The notes beneath the pieces were generated by a model. The model ran no database searches and was not told where the DNA came from. It saw nothing but the letters and a program-made list of their open reading frames with translations. The position numbers and the translations under genes were made by a program. Below are positions 9,318 through 19,166 of a stretch of DNA of 64,000 nucleotides, piece after piece (the stretch's first letter is position 1; each line of letters begins with the position of its first letter). The stretch comes from an uncultured Gammaproteobacteria bacterium (GTDB lineage: Bacteria; Patescibacteriota; Patescibacteriia; SG8-24; DYFX01). The stretch is taken from positions 3,777 to 67,776 of the forward strand of contig CAZHHN010000003.1 of NCBI GenBank assembly GCA_964532415.1, written 5' to 3'.

Positions 9318-10532
9318 TTACGGCGCAGTCGTGAAGCTCCAGGAGAAGTGGCCGCCGGAAACGGCCATCCCGTTCGCGTCCCGGACGGCGTCCGTGAGCG
9401 TCACCGTATAGGTCGCGGCGGGTTGCAGGCTGGCGGCGGGGGTGAACGTCACGGTATTGCCGGAGACGGCGACAGTACCCGGAACCGGCACGCCCCCAAG
9501 AGTGAGCGTGAAGCTGTCAGCCTTCAGCGTGGAATTCGACATCGGCCCGCTGAAGGTCAGGGAGATCGGCGTCGAGACGGCGATGTTGCTCCCGCTGTCC
9601 GGCGGCGAGATCGAGACGACGGAGGTCATGCCCGTACCGGTCGAACCGGCGGTCGTGAAGGTCCAGGTGTAGTTTGAGGCGAGACCGTGATGGTCCGCGT
9701 CCTGCGCGCCGGTGGTGACGGTGGCGGTGTACGTGGTGCTGGGATCGAGCGTGACATTCGGCGTGAAGACGGCCGTATGGTCGGAAAGCGCGACGGTACC
9801 ATAGATCGGCGTGGCGGAACCCGAAGCGGTCAGGGTGAAGGTCGCGCCGTTCAGCGAGGTGGCCGCCATGGCCGCGTTGAAGGTGGCGGAAACCGGGGTC
9901 GAAACGGACACGCCGGTCGCGCCGGTCGCCGGCACGGTCGCGGTCACCTTCGGAACGTTCCCGCCGTTTTCGGTCACGGCGCTCATGTCATCGTTGAACG
10001 AGACGCTGGCGTGCTGCTCGCCCGCCGGATCGAAATCGGCACAGGAAGCGAGCGGCGTCCCGATCTTGTAGTTGACGAAGAAGGCGTCGGAGATGTCGTC
10101 GATCAGCGTGTTCCAGTTCTGTCCGTAAAGCGAGGCGGCACAGGCTTCATCGGGCACGAGGCGCAGCGTGCCGCCATGGCTGACGACATAGGTTTTCGGA
10201 TCGGACTGGATTTTGAGCATCTTGACGCCCGGCCGGTAGGTGACGTTGCCGCCGATCGTGATGGACGCGAGCTCGTCATCGGTGACCTGCTGGACGCCGG
10301 AGAAATCCCCGTACCACGTCATGTAGGCCTTGTCGTTCGTGAAGACGTAACGCTTGCCGTCGGCGCCGCAATAATAGACGGCGGAGAGCGAGCCTTTGAT
10401 GAGCGTGCCGCTCGGGCAGCCGGCAGCCTGCGCGGGCTTCGCGAGGAAGAGCGCGGAAAGGGACCAGACGGCAGCCGCGATCGCGAGCAGAGCCGCCGCT
10501 GTCGCGCGGCGGTACGTGATGGCCTGAGTCAT
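9318..10532 (-). CDS. Secreted protein with a CPR-type N-terminal domain and two Big_5 Ig-like domains
   Basis: Signal peptide; LIKG..AVYY..DGKRYVF; P..GATGV....ATFN..M and Y.WTFTT repeats. Confidence 0.8.
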   Translation of the reverse strand: MTQAITYRRATAAALLAIAAAVWSLSALFLAKPAQAAGCPSGTLIKGSLSAVYYCGADGKRYVFTNDKAYMTWYGDFSGVQQVTDDELASITIGGNVTYRPGVKMLKIQSDPKTYVVSHGGTLRLVPDEACAASLYGQNWNTLIDDISDAFFVNYKIGTPLASCADFDPAGEQHASVSFNDDMSAVTENGGNVPKVTATVPATGATGVSVSTPVSATFNAAMAATSLNGATFTLTASGSATPIYGTVALSDHTAVFTPNVTLDPSTTYTATVTTGAQDADHHGLASNYTWTFTTAGSTGTGMTSVVSISPPDSGSNIAVSTPISLTFSGPMSNSTLKADSFTLTLGGVPVPGTVAVSGNTVTFTPAASLQPAATYTVTLTDAVRDANGMAVSGGHFSWSFTTAP

Positions 10533-10613
10533 GAAAGGAAACGAAAAGAATAAACGCGCGTGCCATCGCTACGACGGGAGCGCGCGCGTCTTCTTACATG
10601 CTATGATGCCCGC

Positions 10614-11240
10614 ATGCGCACGGAAGCTTTCACGCGCGAAGAACGCGCCGTCCTCCGGCGGCTCGGCACGCCGGCAAAAATCCAGGATTTCCTGAACGCC
10701 ATTCCGGCCAACCGCGAGCCGGAAGGCGATACCTGCCTGTCGCCGCGCAGGGTGCTGCGCGAACGGCGCGCCCATTGCATCGAAGGCGCCATGCTGGCGG
10801 CGGCCGCTTTCCGTTTCCATGGCCGTCCGCCTTTGATCGTCGACATGGAAGCTTCGCCGGCGGACGACGACCACGTCATTGCCGTCTTCCGGCAGCGCGG
10901 ACACTGGGGCGCGATTTCAAAAACCAACCATCCCGTGCTGCGCTATCGCGAGCCGGTCTATCGCACCGTTCGCGAGCTCGTCATGTCGTATTTCCACGAA
11001 TATACGCCGGTCGGTGGCCGTCGGAAGACACTGCGCACCTATTCGCGCCCGGTCGACCTGTCGCGCTTCGACCGCATCGGCTGGATGACGCGCGAAGGCA
11101 GCGTCTGGGAGGTGCCGGAGTATCTCTGCGAGATCGGGCACTATCCGATCGTGACGCGCGCCCAGATTGCCGGACTGCGCAGACTCGATCCGATCGAAGT
11201 CGCATCGAGCAACATCGAGGAGTGGCCAAAACACCGCTGA
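10614..11240 (+). CDS. Conserved hypothetical protein, transglutaminase-like Cys/His motifs
   Basis: AHCIEGA, DDDHV, WGAISKTN, YREPVY; TGCTATGAT box 6 nt upstream of the ATG. Confidence 0.7.
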   Translation: MRTEAFTREERAVLRRLGTPAKIQDFLNAIPANREPEGDTCLSPRRVLRERRAHCIEGAMLAAAAFRFHGRPPLIVDMEASPADDDHVIAVFRQRGHWGAISKTNHPVLRYREPVYRTVRELVMSYFHEYTPVGGRRKTLRTYSRPVDLSRFDRIGWMTREGSVWEVPEYLCEIGHYPIVTRAQIAGLRRLDPIEVASSNIEEWPKHR

Positions 11241-11277
11241 TCGGATAGGCTGGAGCCATAACTCTTTCCAAGCGCGT

Positions 11278-11469
11278 ATGAGCATGGAGATGCCTGAGCA
11301 ACCGAAGACTCCCAGACAGCAGCGGATCGCGGAGTTGAAGCAGTTAATTGCGGCCAATTCTGGAGATCTCGAGACCGCGGGCGGACAAGATGCGATCGAC
11401 CACAATTACGCCGTCCAAAGCTACGCGAAAGAACTGGAGCAACTGGAACGGGAAGAACAGGGCAACTAG
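11278..11469 (+). CDS. Small acidic coiled-coil hypothetical protein
   Basis: 63-aa ORF with coding-like composition filling an intergenic gap. Confidence 0.55.
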   Translation: MSMEMPEQPKTPRQQRIAELKQLIAANSGDLETAGGQDAIDHNYAVQSYAKELEQLEREEQGN

Positions 11470-11490
11470 CCCTGTTTTCGTTTTTGTTGT

Positions 11491-12660
11491 TCAGCGCAGC
11501 CGTCGTTCGAGACCGCGGCGGAACTTCCAGTCATTGAAACGGTTGGCGAAGATGACCGTCGCTCCGGCGGCGATGCTTTCGGTCGAGCCGACCAAGGCGA
11601 GAATCCAGCCGTTGTGCAGCCCGCCGAGCGCGGCGGCCAGCATGCCGACGAAAGGAGCGAGCACCGAACCGAGCAGCAGCCCCATACGCGCGGGGTTGGT
11701 GAAATCCTGACGGATCGCCTCCCGAAGTTCGGAGCGGCCGCTGGCGTGCGCATGCCACTTCCCTTCCCGCTTCAGGGCGCGTACCGATCCGAGATACAAT
11801 CCGACGCTTTGAACGGCGGTGGTGAGCGAAAGCGCCACGGCCGAGAAACCGAAGAGGGCGCCGGCGGCGAGCGTCCAGCCGCGTTCGAGCAGGGCTTCGA
11901 CATGAAATGCCCCATAGGTCGCGAGAGCGAAGATCGGAATCAGAATCAGGAAACGCCTGCGCAGCGTCTTCCAGGAGAATCCCGATCCGCGCAGCGCCAT
12001 GAGTTCGGCGGCTTCCCCGAGCAGATCGTCGGTTGAAGCCGCGAAGACCTTGCCGATGCCGCTTACCCATTTTTCCAAAAAATGCGCGATCGGCCCGATG
12101 ATAAGCAAGGCCTTCAGGATATCCTGGGCAATTTCGGTGCGTTCGTTGGCGTTGTCGATCAGCAGGCGGTAGACGATGTAGTCGACCGAGAGCGGATAGA
12201 GCGTTTCGGAAAGTTCGTTCATCAGACGGCGTTCCCCGCTTCCGATGCCGACGTTCTCCTCGTCGATGAGCACCAGCACCTTGAAAGAGAGGCGCGTCTC
12301 GAGGATGCAGCGGATGTCGGCATCCAGATCGTGCCCCTGGGCGCGGGCGGCGGCCCGGTCGGCTTCGGAAATATTCGGAGCGTGCTTTTCCCGCAGCAGC
12401 TCCGGCAGCCAGGTCAGGACGCAATTGTGCTGCGACAGAACGCTGACGCGGCTCACGGCTTCGAGCAGCCGTTCAGGCGCGCGTTCGACCGTACGCACGC
12501 CGATGGCGCGCCCGGAAGCGAGCAGCCCGCGGACCTTTTCTTTCGCGCTGGGATCCCGGGCAAAAACGAAACGGAGCTCGACCGGCAGACGCGCCGCACG
12601 ATCGAGCTCTTCGGGCAGCGAAACGACCTGGACGGAATAGGAGCCGAGCGGGTGGGGCAT
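11491..12660 (-). CDS. Hypothetical protein with a soluble N-terminal half and a multi-TM C-terminal half
   Basis: Long ORF with several hydrophobic helices, abutting the upstream gene. Confidence 0.72.
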   Translation of the reverse strand: MPHPLGSYSVQVVSLPEELDRAARLPVELRFVFARDPSAKEKVRGLLASGRAIGVRTVERAPERLLEAVSRVSVLSQHNCVLTWLPELLREKHAPNISEADRAAARAQGHDLDADIRCILETRLSFKVLVLIDEENVGIGSGERRLMNELSETLYPLSVDYIVYRLLIDNANERTEIAQDILKALLIIGPIAHFLEKWVSGIGKVFAASTDDLLGEAAELMALRGSGFSWKTLRRRFLILIPIFALATYGAFHVEALLERGWTLAAGALFGFSAVALSLTTAVQSVGLYLGSVRALKREGKWHAHASGRSELREAIRQDFTNPARMGLLLGSVLAPFVGMLAAALGGLHNGWILALVGSTESIAAGATVIFANRFNDWKFRRGLERRLR

Positions 12661-12662
12661 TT

Positions 12663-13235
12663 TCAAACGCTAGGTTTGGCAGGGATCGCGCAGGCCTCCG
12701 GCTCGGTGATCTTTTTCGCGATGCCGAAAATTGATCCGGTCACGACCACGATGCCGAGCCAGGTGAACTCCTGTCCGTGCAGGGGCAGCCAGCTCAGCGC
12801 GCCGACGGTCGCGCCCACGCCCAGCAGGCTGGTAAGAAACACCGAACCGCACGACGCGCAGCCGACGCCGAGCAGCCCGATCATCACGCCGACGGCGCTG
12901 GCGCCGGCCATGCGGTTCAACCGCACTTGGCGGCCCATGTAGTGCGCGATCAGCGCCGCATCCAAGCCAAAGAGGCCCGCCATGATCAGCGTCAACCAGC
13001 CGCCTTCGTGCAGGAAGATCAGGTGTCCGTTCCATACCACCCGCGCAGCCGTCATGAATTTCAGACGCGCATCAAAGGCTGGCTCGCGAAGGATAAAATC
13101 GAGCAGATTCAGGTTCGGAAGCAGCGCCGCGAGCGCGATCACGAAGAACGCGCCGAGAGCGGCCGCCAACCATCCGCGGGAATCAGAAAAGGCTTCCTGA
13201 ATGGCGGCGCGAAGATGGGTCAGCCGTTTCGACAT
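12663..13235 (-). CDS. Membrane protein with a GCASCG (CxxC) motif
   Basis: Four to five TM segments, GVGCASCG, C-terminal ACAI; TATAAT 6 nt upstream of the ATG. Confidence 0.75.
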   Translation of the reverse strand: MSKRLTHLRAAIQEAFSDSRGWLAAALGAFFVIALAALLPNLNLLDFILREPAFDARLKFMTAARVVWNGHLIFLHEGGWLTLIMAGLFGLDAALIAHYMGRQVRLNRMAGASAVGVMIGLLGVGCASCGSVFLTSLLGVGATVGALSWLPLHGQEFTWLGIVVVTGSIFGIAKKITEPEACAIPAKPSV

Positions 13236-13242
13236 GCCGGCA

Positions 13243-13533
13243 TTATACACCAAGCATGGCGCGCAATTCCTCGCTCGGCTGCCAGGGCGGATCGAAAGTG
13301 ATTTCGATATCGACGACGCGCAGGCCGAGTCCGAGCAAGCCGCGTTTCAGGTCGCCGACCAGCTGCGGCCCGAACGGGCAGAGCGGCGTGGTGAAGGTCA
13401 TCTTTACGTTCAGGATTTCCTCGTCGTCCGACAACTCGAAGCCGTAGATCAGCCCGAGCGTCCAAATGTCGATATGCAGCTCGGGATCCTGCGTATGCTT
13501 GAAGACCTCGACGATTTTTTCTTTCATGGTCAT
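13243..13533 (-). CDS. sufT: SufT/PaaD-like (DUF59) Fe-S assembly protein
   Basis: DPELHIDIWTLGLIY, MTFTTPLCP, FDPPW. Confidence 0.9.
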   Translation of the reverse strand: MTMKEKIVEVFKHTQDPELHIDIWTLGLIYGFELSDDEEILNVKMTFTTPLCPFGPQLVGDLKRGLLGLGLRVVDIEITFDPPWQPSEELRAMLGV

Positions 13534-14018
13534 AGCATGTGTTCAAGGGCGATATCGAGACAGGGTTGGAAATCAAACTTGAAAGTCCGGAACTCCTCGG
13601 GAGTGAAGAATGCCATTTCAACGGATTCAGAATGGTTTGGGATCGACCGCTGATCGATGACGCGTCCTGCATACCATAATCCGTAATTTGTCGGAAATGG
13701 GTAGGGACGGCCATCGCGTTCGTGCGGTTTCGCATGATCCACCCGATGCACGGCGATCATTTCCAGATCGCCGACGATCAGACCCGTTTCTTCATACGTC
13801 TCGCGGCGTATGGCTTCTTCCATGGATTCACCGCGTTCGGCGTGGCCGCCCGGAATGTCCCAACCGCGATGATGACGCGTGAGAGCGATTTTCCCATCTT
13901 TGAAGGCAAAACAAAAGGCGGTGCTGCACAATGCGCGCGCCGGAACGGGATGATCGGCATAGAGCCGCCAGCGCATCTCAGGCGACCATGGCTTGTCAGC
14001 GAGAAGGCGCGGCATCAT
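13530..14018 (-). CDS. NUDIX hydrolase
   Basis: Nudix box PGGHAERGESMEEAIRRETYEETG. Confidence 0.9.
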   Translation of the reverse strand: MMPRLLADKPWSPEMRWRLYADHPVPARALCSTAFCFAFKDGKIALTRHHRGWDIPGGHAERGESMEEAIRRETYEETGLIVGDLEMIAVHRVDHAKPHERDGRPYPFPTNYGLWYAGRVIDQRSIPNHSESVEMAFFTPEEFRTFKFDFQPCLDIALEHML

Positions 14019-14739
14019 AACCTTCTTTCCCGATGCGCGCGGCCAATTCTTTTCCGCCTTCGGCGACGATCTTCCCCTCTTTCATAACGTGCACGACGTC
14101 GGGAGCGAGCGCTTCCAGCATTTTGGGATTATGGCTGATAACGAGAATGCCGATGTCCGGCCCGCGCAGGCGCGAGAGACCGTCGGTCACGATTTTGAGC
14201 GCGTCGACGTCCAGGCCGGAATCGGTCTCGTCCAGCACGGCATAGGCCGGACTGAGCACTGAGAGTTGCAGCACCTCGGCGCGTTTCTTTTCGCCGCCGG
14301 AGAAGCCGGCGTTCAGGTGCCGACGCGCGAAGAGCGGATCGATCTTCAGGTCTTCCATGCGCGCCTGAAGCAGCGCCTGGAATTCCAGAACGCCGAGCGG
14401 CTCCGACTTCACCGCGTTGAAAGCCGTGCGCAGGAAGTTCGAAAGCGTCACGCCGGGAATTTCCGGAGTGGATTGCATCGAGAGGAAGAGGCCGGCCTTC
14501 GCGCGCTCATGCGGCGCGGCGCGGGTGATGTCGGCGCCATCGAGCGCGATCGTGCCGGAAGTGATTTCGCAGGACGGATGCCCGGCGAGCGCGTTGGCGA
14601 AGGTCGATTTGCCGGAACCGTTCGGCCCCATGAGCGCATGAACTTCGCCTTTTTCGATCTCGAGCGAAACGCCTTTGACGATTTCCTTGCCGCCACGCGC
14701 CACCTGCAGGTTGTGGATCTTGAGGGAATGCATAGTCAT
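13996..14739 (-). CDS. sufC: Fe-S assembly ATPase SufC
   Basis: GPNGSGKST, GFSGGEKKR, LDETDSGLDVDAL. Confidence 0.95.
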   Translation of the reverse strand: MTMHSLKIHNLQVARGGKEIVKGVSLEIEKGEVHALMGPNGSGKSTFANALAGHPSCEITSGTIALDGADITRAAPHERAKAGLFLSMQSTPEIPGVTLSNFLRTAFNAVKSEPLGVLEFQALLQARMEDLKIDPLFARRHLNAGFSGGEKKRAEVLQLSVLSPAYAVLDETDSGLDVDALKIVTDGLSRLRGPDIGILVISHNPKMLEALAPDVVHVMKEGKIVAEGGKELAARIGKEGYDAAPSR

Positions 14740-15107
14740 TTTTTGTTTGCGAGCGCGGACCTGAGCGTCTTGAGCGGGAGCATCGCGCATTTCATGCGCA
14801 TCGGGCCGACCGCGATGCCGAGCAGTTCGAGCATCGCTTTTTCGTCAATCGCCATCGCTTCTGCCAGCGACCGGCCTTTGAGACGCTCGGTCAGCATCGA
14901 GACGCCGGCTTGGCTGATGGCGCAGCCACGACCTTCAAACTTCACGTCTTCCACACGGTCACAAGCATCAAGTTTCAAGAATATCTCAATCGCATCGCCG
15001 CAGGAAGGGTTGAGTTCCCTTGCCTGGAGCATAGCACCCTCAAGCCGACCCGCGTTGCGCGGGTGCCTGTAGTGGTCGAGGATGTTTTCCATGTAGAGGT
15101 CTTCCAT
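14736..15107 (-). CDS. sufU: SufU/NifU-like scaffold or sulfur acceptor
   Basis: ILDHYRHPRN, NPSCGD, GCAISQA, RMKCAML. Confidence 0.9.
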   Translation of the reverse strand: MEDLYMENILDHYRHPRNAGRLEGAMLQARELNPSCGDAIEIFLKLDACDRVEDVKFEGRGCAISQAGVSMLTERLKGRSLAEAMAIDEKAMLELLGIAVGPMRMKCAMLPLKTLRSALANKK

Positions 15108-15123
15108 ACTGTTTTGGCATCGT

Positions 15124-15212
15124 CTGAACGGGTCCTGTCACCTCTCGGCGACATCCCCGTTCGGCGCTGGCGCGCGCCTCAGGGGATATCGCCTGCGGTG
15201 CCACCCGTTCAG
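15124..15212. repeat. Long imperfect palindrome (REP/MITE-like) between sufS and sufU
   Basis: CTGAACGGGT/ACCCGTTCAG outer arms and GGCGACATCCCC/GGGGATATCGCC inner arms. Confidence 0.6.
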
Positions 15213-16429
15213 GCATTCAACCGCAAAGTTTTTTTCGCTTTTTCGATCCCTTCAACGAGCGCTTCAACATCGTGTTCATCATTATAGAGAGAGAAGCTGG
15301 CGCGCGTCGTGCCGGTCAGGCCCAGCCGCGCCATCAGCGGCATGGTGCAGTGATGGCCGCCGCGCACCGCCACTCCTTCGCGGTCGAGCAGCGTGGCGAG
15401 ATCGTGCGGATGCGCGCCGTCGATCGTGAAGGAAATCGCGCCGATGCGCTCTCCCGTTTTCGGTCCGATGATCATCAGCCCCTGAATCGCCGAAAGCCGT
15501 GCGATCGCATACGTCGCCAGCGTGCGATCATGCGCCGCGACGTTTTCCATGCCGATCGCCTGCAGGTACCCGATCGCCGCGCCGAGACCGATCACGCCGG
15601 CAATGTTGGGCGTGCCGGCTTCGAATTTCCACGGCAGATCGTTCCAGGTCGCGGATTCCGGCGTGACTTCGCGGATCATGTCGCCGCCGTACTGGACCGG
15701 CTCCATCTTTTCCAACAGCGCCTTCCTGCCCCAGAGCACGCCGACGCCGGTCGGTCCGAGCATCTTGTGCGCCGAGAAGGCCAGGAAATCGCAGTCGAGT
15801 TCCCGGACATCCACCTGCATGTGCGGAACCGACTGCGCCGCGTCGAGAATCAGGAGCGCCCCGGCGGCATGCGCCAGCACCGCGAATTCCCTGACGGGAT
15901 TGACCGTACCGAGCGCGTTGGAGGCGTGCGCAATCGAGACGATTTTCGTATGCGCTCCGATAAGCGCGCGGGCAGCATCCATGTCGAGCGTGAAATCATC
16001 CTTCATCGGAATGAACCTGAGCGCGAAGCCGTGACGTTTGGCGGCTTGCTGCCACGGCACCAGGTTGGCGTGATGTTCCATTTCGCTCAATACGACCTCA
16101 TCGCCGGGTTTCAGGTTCCGGCCCAGCGAGGCGGCCAGCAGGTTGAGGGCGGCGGTCGTCCCGGACGTGAAGACGACTTCTTCCGGCGCGGAAGCATTCA
16201 AAAAGCTCGCAGCCATCGCACGCACGGCCTCGTAGCGTGCGGTCGCTTCTCCCGCCGTCGCGTACATGCCGCGATGGACGTTGGCGCGACATTCCCGATA
16301 GTAGGCGTCCATGGCCTCGAGCACCGGCTCCGGCGTCAAAGATGACGCGGCCGAGTCCAAGTAGGCCCGCATGCCCATGGCATGGAGGGAGGGAAAATCT
16401 TTCAAGATGTCGGCCGGCAGTTTTTTCAT
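15209..16429 (-). CDS. sufS: Cysteine desulfurase SufS
   Basis: YLDSAAS, EHHAN, SAHKMLGPTG, FEAGTP, RGGHHC. Confidence 0.95.
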   Translation of the reverse strand: MKKLPADILKDFPSLHAMGMRAYLDSAASSLTPEPVLEAMDAYYRECRANVHRGMYATAGEATARYEAVRAMAASFLNASAPEEVVFTSGTTAALNLLAASLGRNLKPGDEVVLSEMEHHANLVPWQQAAKRHGFALRFIPMKDDFTLDMDAARALIGAHTKIVSIAHASNALGTVNPVREFAVLAHAAGALLILDAAQSVPHMQVDVRELDCDFLAFSAHKMLGPTGVGVLWGRKALLEKMEPVQYGGDMIREVTPESATWNDLPWKFEAGTPNIAGVIGLGAAIGYLQAIGMENVAAHDRTLATYAIARLSAIQGLMIIGPKTGERIGAISFTIDGAHPHDLATLLDREGVAVRGGHHCTMPLMARLGLTGTTRASFSLYNDEHDVEALVEGIEKAKKTLRLNA

Positions 16430-16430
16430 A

Positions 16431-17315
16431 TCAGGAAAGTTTGGCGGCGATCGTTTCGGCCAGCGCAGCACGCAGCGTCTCGTCGGCAAGAGACGACAGG
16501 AACGGCTCGATGAACGCCCCGATCAGCATCCATTCGGCGGCGGCACGGTCGAGGCCGCGCGACATCAGGTAAAACATTTTTTCCCCGTCGATCCGCCCGA
16601 TCGAAGCGGCATGGCCGCAGCGCACGTCCGGGTTTTCTATCTCGAGATTCGGCACGGCGTCGATCTCGGCATGTTCCGAAAGCAGCAACGTCTCTTCGCG
16701 CTGGAAACCCGTGCATCCGGACGCCTCCTTCCCGACGCGTACCAAGCCGCGGACGATCGCCTTGGCTTCATCTTTCAGCAGCGCGCGAATGTTCAAATCC
16801 GAGACGGTGCGCGGAGCCGCGTGCCGGATCTCGTGCCAGGCGTCGTAGCGCTGGCGACCGGTTCCGATCAGGAGCGCGGTCGCGGCCACTTCGGCCTGCT
16901 CCCCTTCCAGATGCGTCACGAATGCCGCGCGCGCGAACTCCGGCGAAAGGCAGGCATCGATCCAGCGCAACTTGGCGTTCTTGGCGAGATGCGCTTCGCG
17001 CCGCACGGATTCATACCGGGTATCCCCGACGACGGAAAGGTATTCGACCTGCGCGCCTTCGCCGAGCGAAAGTTCCACCCGCAGCTCACGGGCACCGCGT
17101 GACATTTCAATGAAACGGGCGCGGCTGCCGGCGCCGAGAACGATGCGAAGAACGGCGCGTCCGCCCGGAGCCTCCAGCACGATCAATCCCGCATCCTCCC
17201 CGGCCGGGATATCGACCGACTTCGGCCCGACCTCAACCAAGCCGGAAGGATCGAAGCCTTCGGGCACCTCCGGCATGAAAATGCCGATGCCGTATTTGAG
17301 AAGTTTCTGGGTCAT
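16431..17315 (-). CDS. sufD: SufD
   Basis: PNLEI..DVRCGHAASIG, FYLMSRG. Confidence 0.88.
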   Translation of the reverse strand: MTQKLLKYGIGIFMPEVPEGFDPSGLVEVGPKSVDIPAGEDAGLIVLEAPGGRAVLRIVLGAGSRARFIEMSRGARELRVELSLGEGAQVEYLSVVGDTRYESVRREAHLAKNAKLRWIDACLSPEFARAAFVTHLEGEQAEVAATALLIGTGRQRYDAWHEIRHAAPRTVSDLNIRALLKDEAKAIVRGLVRVGKEASGCTGFQREETLLLSEHAEIDAVPNLEIENPDVRCGHAASIGRIDGEKMFYLMSRGLDRAAAEWMLIGAFIEPFLSSLADETLRAALAETIAAKLS

Positions 17316-17316
17316 A

Positions 17317-18726
17317 TCAGCCGACGGAACCTTCCATTTCGAGTTCGATCAACTTGTTCAGCTCGACGGCGTATTCGAGCGGCAGCGCTTTCACGATCGG
17401 TTCGACGAAGCCGCTCACGATCAGGCGCGTCGCTTCTTCCCGTGAAAGTCCGCGCGACATCAGGTAGAAAAGTTCCTCTTCGCCGATCTTGCCGACGGTC
17501 GCCTCGTGCGCGATTTCGACGTCGTCGTTCGCGATCTTCATCGAAGGATAGGTGTTCGAAACGGAGCCGTCGTCGATCAGCAGCGCATCGCAGCTCACGC
17601 TCGATGTGGCGTGCGCGGCCGCCGGCGTCGCCGTGACGTAGCCGCGATAGGTAGAAACGCCGCCGCCTTTCGAAATGCTCTTGGCGCGGATCGTCGAGGT
17701 CGTGTGCGGCGCGGCATGGATGACTTTCGAGCCGGTGTCCTGATTCTGGCCGGGACCGGCGAAGGCCACGCCGAGCGCATGCGATTGCGCACGTTCGCCG
17801 CGCAAAATCGAACAGGGGTAGAGCATGGTCGTGCCCGAACCCATGTTGCCGTTGATCCATTCGACCACGCCCTTGGCGTCGACGACGGCGCGCTTGGTGT
17901 TGAGATTGTACGTGTTCTTGCTCCAGTTTTCGACGCTGGAATAACGGATGCGCGCGCCGGTCAGCACGTGCAGCTCGACGCAGCCGGCGTGGATCGAGCT
18001 GGCGTTGTAGCGCGGCGCCGAGCAGCCCTCGATGTACTGCACCTCGCTTCCTTCGTCGGCGATGATGAGCGTGTGTTCGAACTGGCCGCCGCGCTCGGCG
18101 TTCATGCGGAAATAGGCCTGGAGCGGCACGTTCACCTTCACGCCCCTGGGAACGTAGATGAAAGTGCCGCCGCTCCAGACCGCGGCGTGCAGCATGATGA
18201 ACTTGTGGTCGTGCGACGGGATGCAGTCCGTCATGAAGTATTTCTTCACGAGTTCCGGGTATTTCCGCACCGCCTCGTCCATGTTCTCGAAGATCACGCC
18301 CTTGTCTTCCCATTCCTTCTTCAGATTGTGATAGACGACTTCGGAATCGTACTGCGCGCCGACGCCCGAAAGCGCGTGGCGCTCCGCCTCCGGAATGCCG
18401 AGCTTCTCGAAGGTTTCGCGGATCTTGTCCGGCACGGTCGCCCACGACTGCGATTCTTCGGCGTCGGGCCGCACGAAATAGGTGATCTGATCAAGATCGA
18501 GCTTCGAGAGATCCGGACCCCATGACGGCATCGGCGTGCGTTTGAACATGGCGAACGCTTTGAGACGCAGATCGAGCATCCACTCCGGTTCCTGCTTGGA
18601 CGCCGAAATTTCCCGAACCACCCCTTCGGCAAGTCCGAGCCCGGCCGCATGGCGCGTCACGCCTTCGGCGGCTTTGTCGTAGACGTCACGAAACTTGGCG
18701 TCGTCCATATCAGGCGATTTCGGCAA
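17317..18726 (-). CDS. sufB: SufB
   Basis: GIPEAER, GAQYDSEVVY, YIEGCSAP, HEATVGK, LPLEYAVELN. Confidence 0.96.
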   Translation of the reverse strand: MPKSPDMDDAKFRDVYDKAAEGVTRHAAGLGLAEGVVREISASKQEPEWMLDLRLKAFAMFKRTPMPSWGPDLSKLDLDQITYFVRPDAEESQSWATVPDKIRETFEKLGIPEAERHALSGVGAQYDSEVVYHNLKKEWEDKGVIFENMDEAVRKYPELVKKYFMTDCIPSHDHKFIMLHAAVWSGGTFIYVPRGVKVNVPLQAYFRMNAERGGQFEHTLIIADEGSEVQYIEGCSAPRYNASSIHAGCVELHVLTGARIRYSSVENWSKNTYNLNTKRAVVDAKGVVEWINGNMGSGTTMLYPCSILRGERAQSHALGVAFAGPGQNQDTGSKVIHAAPHTTSTIRAKSISKGGGVSTYRGYVTATPAAAHATSSVSCDALLIDDGSVSNTYPSMKIANDDVEIAHEATVGKIGEEELFYLMSRGLSREEATRLIVSGFVEPIVKALPLEYAVELNKLIELEMEGSVG

Positions 18727-19096
18727 TCGAGGTATTCATGAGCGTCGCCATCACCTGGCCCTGCACCTTGGTGATGATGCCGGGGTGGGCGTGATCGTGC
18801 GCATGGGCCGTGCAAGCCCCGATTGCGATCGGGCCTTCGGCGGCATGCAGCACCTCGGCGACGGTGATCGACTTCGCCTCGCGTTTCAGGCGATAGCCGC
18901 CCACCGCGCCGCGCACACCTTCGATCAAGCCGGCTTTACGGAGCTCGCCAGCGACCTGTTCCAGGAACTTGCGGGAAGCGCCGGTCTTCCTGGAAATGAC
19001 CTCGAGCGAAACCAGCTCTCCTGTGTGGAGAGCCAATTCGGAAACGAGGAGCAAGCCGAGTTCGGCTTGGCGGGTGACCTTAAGGAGGGATTTCAT
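18710..19096 (-). CDS. Rrf2-family regulator heading the suf operon
   Basis: wHTH FLEQV...LRKAGLI..RGAVGGYRL; only one Cys, followed by HAHDHAH. Confidence 0.9.
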   Translation of the reverse strand: MKSLLKVTRQAELGLLLVSELALHTGELVSLEVISRKTGASRKFLEQVAGELRKAGLIEGVRGAVGGYRLKREAKSITVAEVLHAAEGPIAIGACTAHAHDHAHPGIITKVQGQVMATLMNTSIAEIA

Positions 19097-19101
19097 CCAA
19101 A

Positions 19102-19120
19102 TCCTAGTAGCTTACTGGGA
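19102..19120. promoter_or_regulatory. 8-3-8 inverted repeat, candidate Rrf2 operator
   Basis: TCCTAGTA-GCT-TACTGGGA (one mismatch), 5 nt upstream of the rrf2 start. Confidence 0.6.
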
Positions 19121-19166
19121 ATTGATATCACGATAATAAAATGAGGTCAAGGTCTGGGAATCCAGC

